Source of the DNA: Callorhinchus milii
Taxonomy: Eukaryota
Assembly (NCBI RefSeq): GCF_018977255.1
Contig: NW_024704743.1
Span: 74,898,001 to 74,962,000, forward strand
Direction: 5' to 3'
DNA: 64,000 nucleotides
The number at the start of each line of letters is the position of its first letter. The first letter of the stretch is position 1. A model generated the notes under the pieces. It saw only the letters and a program-made list of their open reading frames with translations. It had not been told where the DNA came from and searched no databases. Below are positions 1 to 12,400 of this stretch, one piece after another. A program made the position numbers and the translations under genes.

Positions 1-251
1 CACATCTTGTGTAAAACAAATTGCAAGACTTTGTACAAACACGAACCTTTTGGATGTATTAAAATTGCAGGTGTAATAGCTTTGCAATCCAGGTATAAAC
101 ATTTTTACAGGTGATTGGGATTTCAGCAATCCAGACTGATATGTCTGCCTGGACCTTTAGGAAGAGAAAATATTGGTGAGATGTAAAATTTTTAAGGATC
201 TGATAGAACTATGATCAGCATTATGAATACTATCTGTTTCACTTTTTTTAG

Positions 252-451
252 CGATATAACTGTTACAAGCATCACTGGAGTGAAACCAGAAGTCTGTGGC
301 CCTTGAAGTTACACCTGGAGGCATTGATCAAATTGATCCTTCAACTAATAAAATCCTCTGCTCCTATGACTACAAAAATATTGAAGGATTTGCAGAGGTT
401 TCAGATTATCAGGGAGGGTTTTGTATAATTCATGGAGGATTTAGTCGACTG
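252..451 (+). CDS. DNAJC13: DNAJC13 window exon 1 (apparent 1-nt frameshift near 288-293)
   Basis: tttttag|[16 protein letters not shown], then shifted frame [12 protein letters not shown]...GGFSRL|gtaagt; 200 nt. Confidence 0.88.
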
Positions 452-3400
452 GTAAGTAACCTTTTTCACAATAGCTTTACTTTGTCTGCTAAAAGCCTAG
501 TTTCAATATTTAATGTGTTAGACTAATTTGTAATGTCAAATTGTCTGTATTGCAAAATTGATGGTTACATTTGCAGCTAATAATAATAATAATAACAATC
601 CTTGCATTTGATATACCGCTTTTCACATCGGGAGGACGTCCCAAAGCGCTTCACAGAACACACTGTAAAGTGAATTGACTGTATTTGTGTAATTTATTAT
701 CAGTCTGTATGCTTACTGTAAACTGCCCCTCAAAATTTCAGCATCTTTTTGCATCTGAACAAAGGGACGAAATCATCAAAAGTGCAATAGACCATGCAGG
801 CAACTTCATAGGTATCTCCCTGCGTATCAGGAAAGAGCCACTCGTGTTTGATTTGTATCAGAATTATCGTTTTGGAAAGTACAGCAATGATGAATCAATT
901 ACATCACTAGCAGAATTCATTGTACAAAAAATTACACCTAGACATCTGGTAAGAATTTATTTTTGGATTACTATATTTAAGATTTTTAAAAAAATGTAAT
1001 CTAGAGATATTAGATTTAGAAAGCAGTGCAATTATTTGACCAATAACTGCATTGATGTTTTTATAATTGTTTTGTATTGTGTGTAACAGCATAGAAGGTG
1101 GTTGTGTCTGTTATGAAGCATGCCCACAATTTCTAATTGAGCAGGTCACAATTTAATTATTTTTTTCCTTTTCAGGATCCAGTAAAGAGAGTATTAGCAC
1201 TTACAGAAACCTGTTTAGTGGAGAGAGATCCAGCCACTTACAATATTGTCACGCTTAAACCTTTGGGAGAGGTTTGTATGATTTTTTTTTAAGAAGTTTA
1301 GCTTCTTAAGAGTTTGCTGTGTTTTCTTAATTTTAAGGTACAGGAATCGTGCTGTACACTTGGCAAAGAAGTGGGCAAATCCTTAATAGCTCACTTAGAT
1401 GTAGGGCCAGAAGGTTCAGAGTTTGATTCCAAATGTATTCCTTTGGACAAATTGATTTTATTAATGTGTTTGCATTTGCCATATTTCAAAAACAATATTG
1501 TTATGATTGTTTGAAGGATTAGCTAAAAAAAATGAAATAACTAATTGGGAACTACCATACATTTGAGAAGCACAGCATGAGGTGTACAAAAACTTCACAG
1601 GATATGTTGGGTGCTGTGTTAGTGGGTCTGTGTGACATCCTGAGGGAAGTAGGCCAGGATTGAATAGAAGTGGATTAATATTCAGAAATGTTTGTTTAAA
1701 AGTAGCATACGTGCAAAACGATTTCATACCCAAAAGGAGGTTTGGTGCGGATGAAGTATGTGTTAAGGTGTAGGATACATTGAATTAGTTGGCTCAAATA
1801 GCCTTTTCTTGTTTTATTTGCTTTCTGATCTTCTAAGTATTTTCTACACTTCTGCAAAATTGAGGAACAAGTGAAGGGTAATTGTTAAGTTTTCGGTACA
1901 GCTTGTATTTTGTTATTATGTCATTTTAAACATACTGAAATGAAACGTATTTCAAGCAGGAGTAGACTATCAGTTCATCTAACTTACTCATCTATTTTTG
2001 CCACAAGATTCCTTTTGATGTGAATTATTTTAGTTAACAGGAACTTGTATAGTTCCCTTTTAAGATTCTTTGCTAGTAAATGGGTCAAAAATAGTCAAGA
2101 AGGGACTATTTTTCTTACAATACTGTACCTCTACTTCAGTAATCTTTTTCTTGCAGATATTTGCTCTGGTACGAGATTCTGAAAACCCTCAGCAATTTAC
2201 CGTAGAGTATATTAAAGGGCAGATTCACAAATACGCATCCACCGAAAGGTAACTGATTTCAAGTATGCTAAACTAACAAAGGGAAAAAAATAGATGGAAA
2301 CTTAATGCATAGAGAAACCAATCTAATATTATGACAAGAATGGAGACCATGTCATCCAGTAATGTGATTAAATCTCTTGTAAGACTATTTTGATCCTTAA
2401 TTTATGAAAACGGGGATTCTAGTCTTCCTGGGCTAATTTTGACTCTCCAGTTTGCATGTTGAGAGTTCCATTGCAATAAAATGACCTATCAGTAATATTG
2501 TAATAACTGCACAACTAATGAACTAAACTTGTGCTGTATTAGTTCTGCTTGCTTAATCTTCCCTCACGTCGTCCATTTCTCATCAAGATTTGGGTTCACA
2601 TTCAGATTATAAATATTGTTAAAAATGCAAATCTTAACTGGTTCCTGATTTTCTTGCCAGTTGGAGTGCAGCAGTGTGGCTTCTGATTGCCTGAATTTCA
2701 GTTTCAAAGTTTTTTTTTTTTTTTTTTGCTGTGCTGTATTTATTTTGTCTTTTTTTTCCACATAGTTTGAGTATCAAATACGATTATCCATCACATCTCA
2801 TCTATGGTATCAACAGCTGTATGAAAAATCAGCTGACAAGTTTAAGCTTGTTTTGATGCATTTTTATGCTTGTCTAGGAGAGCGACGATGCTGGAAATTG
2901 AGTATTTTTGGTGTTGATCCAGTACTCAATCAGATGTGCAGACATGCACCAAACAATATATTGCACGTTTATATCATGCCTTTCACGACTTCTCAAAAGG
3001 CTCAATCCATCTGACTGAGCACCTGAGCTGGGAGTAGGAGCTGAGGTCGGTAGGCAGGAGAAAAGTGACCAAAGCTCATCCAAGACTTTATCTGATAAGT
3101 ATTCAGTCAGATTAGCAGTGGTCTTGGAAACAAAGGTACAGGACGAGAGAGCAATGAGTGTCAACCATGTACATGTGGAAGTGAACTCCCACGACAATCA
3201 ATAATGAGTGGGAACATTTAGATGGTGAAGACGAGAGGACCAAGGATAGAGCCTTGTGGAAAGCTGCATGTGATAGTATGGGAGGACGAGGGGAGAAACC
3301 ATTTGATACCAAGTAGAGATGCGCGGACAGATGAGTGAAACCAGCGTAGGACAGAGCCATGAATGTGGAGATGAGAGCTGTTCTGAACCTGTATCCATTA

Positions 3401-6400
3401 TTAAATAAACCAGGTTTATTTTTCATATGTCCCTTTCAGTCCACTGAGGATATTTTCATCTATTTAGTCTGCAGTAATTTCTCTTTTACAAAGTTGTAAT
3501 TGAATTACCAGACTTTTGTTGAAAGCCTTTGCAGCTTCAGCTATTGATTTTTAAAGTACTGGATTTTAGGGTTCATAACCTGTGCACAGTATAAATATTT
3601 AGGTCGTATATTTTATGCCTTGTATTTATGTAGAGATGATTTGATTATTTTAAAGATATGGGCATATGAAATTGATTGACTGGTGCCCATGATTACTAAT
3701 TTGTACATACCATGAATTAAACCAAGTAATCTAATGTGGGGAAATAACTAGGGAATGTTTTCTAATTTTTTGTAAACTTATTTCATACTCTTAATTAGGG
3801 TTGTGATTGAACACAATCTGATTTTATCTGAAGTAACTTGTGCTGAGACTGATTTAAGCAAATTAGATGCATTTTTGAATAATCTGAACACATTTTCATA
3901 TTCAGAGATTCTCTACTGGCTAGCCTGCTGGATGGAGTGAGAGCCTCTGGTAACCGAGATGTATGTGTGAAGATGACACCAACTCACAAGGGGCAGAGAT
4001 GGGGGTTAATGAGTATGCCAGTAGATGAGGAAGTAGAAAGTTTACATCTTCGGTTTCTAAATGCCCCACCAAGTAAGTGTTTGAATTCATGTGCATAATT
4101 ATTTTTTTGAAAATGTTTGAATTATATTCATTAATAATAATAATCCTTGCTTTTGATAAAGCGCCTTATGTAATCAAAATGTCTCAAAGCACTTCACAGC
4201 ATATACTGTGAAATGCATTGACTATGTATTTTGTGGGAGAAATTTTAAGTGTACTATTTACTGCATTAACACATCAGATGTTTTGCTTAATTGACTATTC
4301 AGATTTGAACAAAATTAAGTGGACTAATATACTGGTAGTTTTGATTTTGAATATAACTTTAGACTTTACAATTGAAAGATGCAGTTTTACATAGTAATAC
4401 ACTATTAAAAGCATTCTTTTTTAATTTGGTGGACAGACTCTTCATCACTTCATCATAAGGATTTTGAAAACCTAGCATTGTGTCAGCTTGCCCATTGCCT
4501 TTAAAAAATGGGTCTGTAGCTTCTTGAAAAGTAGAATTAAAATGTGCACAAAGTCAACAAGGAAGAAAGTACACTTTGGCAGCTGATAATCTACGTCTGG
4601 ATGAAAACCTCATTGTAATAAGTTTCATTTCAACTTGTGTTTCAGATGGCAACTTTGCAGATGCTGTATTCAGGTTTAATGCTAATGTCTCATATAGTGG
4701 AGTTCTGCATGCAGTGACTCAAGATGTGAGTATTGTTTTCTTAAAAGCCTTACAAATCTTCACTTTCTACAAGTTTTTTTTCTTCTAGTTCTGAACATGT
4801 TATTTATTTTCTGCAGGGCCTGTTTTCTGAGAACAAAGAAAAACTGATTAATAATGCTGTCATAGCATTACTATCTCAAGAAGGAGATCAAACATCTAAT
4901 AACACAGAACTAGAGAGCCAGTTTCAGGCTATAAGACGACTTGTTGCTTCAAAGGCAGGCTTTCAAGCATTTACACAGCTACCTAAGTAAGCAATCTAAT
5001 GTCTAAATCGGATGGTAACCTGTCTTGTAAGTGTTGTAAATTAGCCAAGCCTGGAAGTTCTAGCACTCGTTCCTCATTTATTTCTGTTTCATTGGATTTA
5101 GTTTAAAAGCCTCAGAGAGAATATAAGTAAAAGTTTTCACAAGATCAGTTTTCTCCTGATAAGGGAAAGCAGTGGAGACTGAGGAGGCAGTTTTGTCAAG
5201 TTTCATTCTTCACACTGCCTTGTGGTCAGATGATATCGTAGGAAGTGTTGATTCCATGTTCCCTTAAACCTCAAGGTGAACCAAGCTAAAAGTAAAGGAC
5301 TGATTACATGGATTTGTTTTCAGGATTTGACTGCCTTTAATCTTTTTGCTTCCATCTGGATGCTTTATCCCTGATAATTTAACAGTAGAAAGCATCCTAC
5401 AAGCTTTCTGCTGTTAAATTATCATGGATGTTATTTTGTTGGATGTGCATGTACATTAATAATGATTATTATAATAAGTATTATAATAATAATTATAACA
5501 ATAATAATTGTTATAATAATCATTATCAATTAACAATAGCAATAATCATTATTATTAATGGACTCAGCAAGTACATATTCCAGCTATAATGCATTTGATC
5601 ACTTAGAAATTAATAGAAAATTTGTAAATTTCTTTTAATGTCAAATTAATAAATATCCACTCCCAGTGGATAATTGACTATCTATTATTCTGCCAAAGAC
5701 TATTCTTTAATGCTGTAAGGATTCAGACTAAAGAAAATCTTTCAATCAATGAATGTCTCATTGATCTTGATATGCATTCTCTAGTAAAACACCATTTCGT
5801 GCATCAAAATGGCAGAGATTTAAAAAAAAAGCTGCAAATTCTTTTCTCCAATTTTGTGACTGACTGCTAAGTGGAATAATCTGAAATATGGTGATATGAA
5901 AATATTTACTTCAAATTGTAGAAATTGGAAAACGACCATTAACATTTTAAGCTTAATTGTTTAAGCTTAACTGATTTTGTTATTCTGGTGGATGCACTTT
6001 AAAGATGTAAACTATTTTGTGCAGATTTCGGGAACGATTGGGTGTGAAGACAGTCAAGGCTTTAAAAAGAAACCATGATGGTGTTAATCATTCTGCTATT
6101 GACATGCTCTGTGCCCTTATGTGTGTAAGTACAAGATCACTGTACTTGATTTCATTCAGTGTTGATTATAGTAATGTTTTAAACTTTAGGTGTACCTAAT
6201 TACAGCATTTTGAGCATCAAAATGGTTTCATGGACATTTGATAATTGCAAAGTTGCTCCACTTTACAGTTTATCATGTGAAATACTTTGAGACAATCTCC
6301 TGATGTGAAAGGTGCTATGCCAAATGAAAGTTGGCTTGGTAGGAACTCAGTGAATATCTCTTTTGTTTGTCACAAAACACAGTCACTCCACTTTGCAGTA

Positions 6401-9400
6401 TATTCTGTGAAGCGCTTTGAGACATTCTCCCAATGTGCAAGTTGCTATATCAATTGTAAATATTAATAATAATTCTTCCATGGATATTGGAGCTGGACCA
6501 CAGATCATGGATAAAATCCAAGGTTTGATTTGGCTTTCAGCTTCTTCATGAGGAACTAGACCTTGTGGAAATCAAAGAATGTCGATGTAGGTGGATTTCC
6601 CCCGGGTCTTGCAATGTTCCACAATCTCGTGTAAAACCACAATCTGCGACACATGCTCTTCATGAGAACAGAATCCACTCTGTTCCTTCCAGGCCTCCAA
6701 TGCGTGCTGTTACTGCTTGAAGCACGCACCACTTTAAGAATCCTGAATACAGTGAAATTTTGCTGTAGTTGTTTACCATTGTTTGATGGATAACATAATT
6801 TCAGTCTGGTACGCTTGCTGGGTATACTGTTGTACAGGATCCTTTTGATCAACTTTAGGAAAGGCAGCTCCAAGTTATTAGTTCCTGGCACGGCTGTCAT
6901 TATGGTGCTCCCCCTGTTCTTTAGAATCATACAGCACAAAAAGAGGCCATTCGGCCCATCGAGTCTGTGCCGGCTCTTTGAAAAGAGCAATGTAACATCA
7001 CTGTTTTGCCCCCAATTCTCTGGAGTTCCATTCCTGGAGTCCCTCCAACTCGCTCCCTCCCCTTTGAAGGCATGTCCAAACCTAACTCTCTGACCGCACT
7101 TTCGGCCATTTTCCCCCAGGCCTTTCTCAAATAGGTAGCCTTGCCAGCCGAAGATGCCCCCCCCCCCCCCCCCCCACCCGGCCCATACCACAAGGAGCTG
7201 CTTACCCATAGTCCATGTGCCATTCACAACCCCTTAATTGCCTCAATGGCTGTTATTGGATGCGATCCTACAATGTAATACGCCGAGCCACCCAGGCCGG
7301 CGCCGAGCTGCGCCATGATCCACGTCTTGGTGACACAGTGCTCGCCATCGCCCGCCTCCCAGTAGCCAGTAACATTTAGGAAATGTAATGCCATTTTCAT
7401 TTAATCTCTGCACTGTTCTGAGTTAATCATACAAAACTCTGGAGAGGCATATAATTATCTATGGAAAATCTAGCATGACAAAATGTCGACTTCATACATT
7501 AACGTGCAAGCAAATGATTCCCAATCGAGTTCCTGTCTGATATTGACTCAGACAAAGCTGCACCTTGTGGGTTAACTGACACTTCATATATTGTGAGTGA
7601 TCCAGACACTCACTATTCAGGAACTTAGAAGTAATTGAACCACTAAATGATAGCAGTTTTACCACTAAACAAAAAAAAACTTCAGACAACCCAATGTCTG
7701 GGATGAGGATTGAGTTAAGTGATGTAGATTTGTGGAGTAGGACACCACCAAAGGATAATCATTTGAGAATGAATACAACTAACAATATTCAGTGCGACAT
7801 ATGTTGATGTGTGCTTTGACTGTAACAATCCAGTGGCTACAGCATCTGAAAAAAATTCAGAGTTCCCTCGGGGTATTTAGAGACGACGGAAAAGAATAAA
7901 GCTCCAGTGATCATTTGGAGAGTGTCAAATACTGTTCCATTTTTGATGGATAAGCCAGCATACATGTTTTCCATATTTAAGAAGAGTGACAGGTCTGACA
8001 ACCAATGGCTGTTAGCTTAATTTCAATATCTGGAAAATGATTAGAAACAAAATGGATGGTTACCCCGAAATGGAAATACAGTAACCCCCCGACTTACCCT
8101 CGGGTATCTGGAATTCATATCTAGATGGACTGGCCCCCATGAAAAAAAAATCCTTGTGTCTGTGTGTGGACTCCTGCTGACTCACTCTTCCAGCATGTGC
8201 CCCCACCTCACCATCCTCGCTAACAGCAGTGGCCACAGATATTGACTTGAACTCAGTTTGAATCCCGCAAGCAGAAGACAGCTTATTCGCTATTCTGTGC
8301 TTGCAAGATTCAAATGATTATAGTGCTGATCCTGGCATTTTTGATAAATGACGGCACTAGCATTGTAATTACACTTGGCTGGAATTTCCAGATGGCCAGA
8401 AGGTTCTGGCTAGCTGGGGTTTTCACCCAATAAATAAAGCTATTAATGGGTTTGTTGGTTACCAATTGAAATATCCTGACTAGCACTATCTAAACGTGAA
8501 AATGGGTTTAGATATGGCTTTCAGCTTCTTCATGAGCAATATGAAGGAATCCCAGAGCGCATTCAGCTTTGGATACTAGGTTTTCTAATTCCCTTATTCA
8601 TTAATCTATTAACAAATGGTTTTCTTGGACTAATTGTGTAATTAGTTCTCAGAGTAACATGAATCTTCTATTTCATTGTAGCCTATGCATGATGACTATG
8701 ACTTGAGGCAAGAACAGCTGAACAAAGCTTCCCTTCTTTCTTCAAAGAAGTTCTTAGAAAATTTGCTTGATAAGTTCAATAGCCATGTGGTAGGTATATT
8801 TACTCGGGAAATATTACTTTTGCTGATGTCATATATAGTAATAATATGACTTAAGTGAACTGGATTTCCACTAAGGTGAGATAATACAAGGATTATTAAA
8901 TCAATTGTTAAATAAACAATTGTATATTTCTGGAATGTCTTTTTAAACTTGAAACTGACAGCTTATAGTGAAAGGATACATTTAAATAGTATTCATCTAT
9001 CAGGTGTATTTGTTGAAAATTTTGCCGTAGGTTGATATTACCATTAATTGAGTGAGTCGCAGACTTCGGTGTGTGCATAATTATGGTCATTGGTTGTGCA
9101 CTAGACTGGAAGTAAAACTATCTGTCCATTCTTTCTTCAGCACTGAGACTCCAAATACCACTTAATTTTTTTAGTTCCCAAGTGCGTGTTGTGGAAATTA
9201 AGGACTTGAACGCATGGCTAAAAGAGTGGTGCGGAACTCAGGGGTTTCTTTTTATGGGCCATTGGCATGAGTATTGGGGGGAAAAGAGAGCTCTTTCAGA
9301 GAAATGGGCTGCATTTAAATCGGGCTGGGACAAATGTCCTAGCTAAACAAATTAATAGGGAGGTAAATAAGAATTTAAACTAGTAAAGGTGGGGGAATGT

Positions 9401-12400
9401 ATAGGTAAGAGAAACCATAAGTTAGCGTTAGAAAAAGTAAAGATGACAGTGCAGAATAGCATGCCAGATAATAGGAATATGTTAACTAGGGGTAAGAAGC
9501 TTGGCAAAGTAGATAAGGAATCAGAGAGTAGAGGAAATGGTAGGAAATTAAAAATGTTATATCTGAATGCACGAAGCATTCGGAATAAAACTGATAAATT
9601 AAAAGCACAGATAGACACATATGGATACGATCTAGTAGCCATCAATGAAACATGGTTACAAGGAGATCTAGGATGGTAGTTAAATATTCCAGGGTTTTCA
9701 GTTTAGAGGAAAGATAGACACTGTGGGAAAAAAGGTGGGGGGTGTAGCCCTGTTAATTAGGGATGAAATAAAAGCAATGGAGAGGAAGGATCTGAAATCC
9801 GATGACCAGGAGGTCGAGACAATATGGGTGGAAATAAAAAATAATAAGGGGCAGAAAATATTAATGGGAGTGGTTTATAGACCCCCAAACAATGATCACA
9901 ATATAGCACAAGGTATTAATCAAGAAATCAGTGGAGCATGTAGGAAAGGTAAAGCGATAATAGTGGGTGATTTCAATCTCCACATAGATTGGGAAAACCA
10001 AATCGGCAAAAGTAGGTTAGAAGAAGAGTTCATTGAGTGTATGAGAGATAACTTTCTAGAGCAGCATACCGAGGAACCAACTAGGGGACAGGCCATCCTA
10101 GACCTTGTTTTGTGTAACGAAACAGGGCTAGTTGGCAGTGTAGGTATTAAAAATCCTTTAGGGCAGAGTGATCACAATATGATTGAATTCTGCATTAAGT
10201 TAGAGAGGGATATAGTTAAATCCGAGGCAAGTATTCTGAATTTAATTAGGGCTAATTTTGTAGGTATGAGGAAAGATTTAGGTAAAATAGACGGGAGAAT
10301 CAGGTTAAGGGGTAAAAGTGTAGACCAACAGTGGCAAATATTTAAGAATGCAGTGCATAATTCTCAGCAGTCGCATATTCCCTTGTGGAATAAGAGTACC
10401 TTATGAGATAGTGGAGGCCTTGTGTCTGATCTTCCAAAATTCCTTGGATTCTGGAACAGTCCCCATGGATTGGAAGATCGCAAATGTCACACCACTATTT
10501 AAAAAAGGTGGAAAGGAAAAGATGGGGAACTATAGATTAAGGATGTGGTAGTGAGGTATTTAGAGGAGCACAATATAATTAGGCCAAGTCAACATGGCTT
10601 TACAAAAGGGAAATCATGTTTGACAAATCTCATAGAATTTTTTGAGGATATTTTGAGTAAACGAGATAAGGGTGAATCAGTGGATGTGGTCTATTTGGAC
10701 TTCCAGAAGGCATTCGATAAGGTGTCGCATAAAAGGTTAGTCCAAAAGATAGGGTCCCACGGAATTGGAGGGAGCATATTAACATGGATTGGGGAATGGT
10801 TAATGGGTGGGAAACGAAAGAGTAGGGATAAATGGGTCCTTTTCAGATTGGCGGGAAGTGACTAGTGGAGTGCCACAAGGATCAGTCCTTGGGTCTTCTT
10901 AGCTATTTACCATCTACATCAACGATCTGGATGAGGACATTGAAGTTAATATATCTACAACACCAACAAGAAGATTCCATTTAGAGAGCGCCTTTCACGT
11001 CGGGAGGACGTCCCAAGGCGCTGGACGGTTGGGTCAGGACCCGAGCAGGGGGGAACAACAACAACAACAACAACAACAAGATTCCATTTATAAAGCGCCT
11101 TTCACGTCAGGAGGACGTCCCAAGGCGCTGCACAGTTGGGTCATGACCCGAGCAGGGGGGAAATGGTCAGGGTGAGGGGAGGGGAGGGAGGGAGCAAGGA
11201 GGGGGAAATGGTCAGGGTGAGGGAGGGAAGGGAGGGAGCGAGCAGGGGGGAAATGGTCAGGATGAGGGGAGGGAAGGGAGGGAGCAAGGAGGGGGGAATG
11301 GTCAGGGTGAGGGGAGGGAAGGGAGGGAGCGAGGAAGGGGAAATGGTCAGGGTGAGGGGAGGGAAGGGAGGGAGCGAGGAGGGGGTAGAGAGTCGAGAGG
11401 GGAGCTGAAGGCACGGTCAAAGAGAAAGGTTTTGAGACCGGCCTTGAAGGAGGAAAGGGAGGAGGCGGCGAAGGCACTGGGGGTGGAGTTCCAGAGCCTG
11501 GGGGCTGAGAGGCTGAAGGCCCGGCCACCGATGGTAGGGCGGTTGGGGCGGGGGACGTGGAGCAGACCAGAGCCTGAGGAACGGAGGGTACGGGCGGGTA
11601 GGTAGGGGGATAGTAGGTCGGAGAGGTAGGAGGGAGCAAGGCCGTGAATGGCCTTGTAGGTGAGGATGAGGTTCTTGAATTCATCCTCTGGGGGATGGGA
11701 ATCTAAATTTGTGGATGACACAAAACTAGGAGGAAATGTCAAGAGGTTGATATTAGTCAACCTCTAACCTCAAGTGCAGTGCGATATAGATAGGTTAGGT
11801 GATTGGGCAGGTAGATGGCAGATGAAGTATAACGTAGGGAAGTGCTACGTTAAACGTTAGCACTTGTAGTGCTACGTTACTACACCAAAGTGCTAAATTG
11901 GTGGGATGTGACTAGTGGAGTGCCACAAGGATCAGTCCTTGGGCCTCAGCTATTTACCATCTACATCAACGATCTAGATGAGGACATCAAAGTTAATATA
12001 TCTAAATTCACGGATGACACAAAACTAGGAGGAAGTGTCAACACAGAGGACGACATTAAAAAATGCAGCGAGACATAGATAGGTTAGGTGATTGGGCAGG
12101 TAGGTGGCAGATGAAGTATAATGTAGGGAAGTGCGAAGTCATCCACCTAGGTAGCAAAAACAGTAGAGCGGGTTATTTTTTAGAAGGGGAGAGATTGGAA
12201 TGTGTTAGTGTCCAGAGGGACTTGGGTGCCTTGTACTCCAATCACAGAAAGTTAGTCTGCAGGCGCAGCAGCAATTAGGAAGGCGAACGGATTAGAGTAT
12301 AAGAGTAGGGAAGTCTTGCTGCAACTGTATAGGGCCCTGGTAGGACCACACCTGGATAGGCTGACCAATTTGGGCCTATATTCTCTAGAATATAGAAGAA

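Noticed and set aside
6556..7227. 223-aa minus-strand ORF as a nested gene
   Set aside because: It runs through a poly-G tract, a CR1 tail and a frameshifted RT relic; a chance open frame
11155..11385. CRISPR-like array
   Set aside because: Tandem units without unique spacers, in a vertebrate intron with no cas genes
11088..11684. Pro/Ser-rich and Gly-rich repeat ORFs (also 37149-37812)
   Set aside because: They are translations of the 45-bp L2 minisatellite and off-frame L2 sequence
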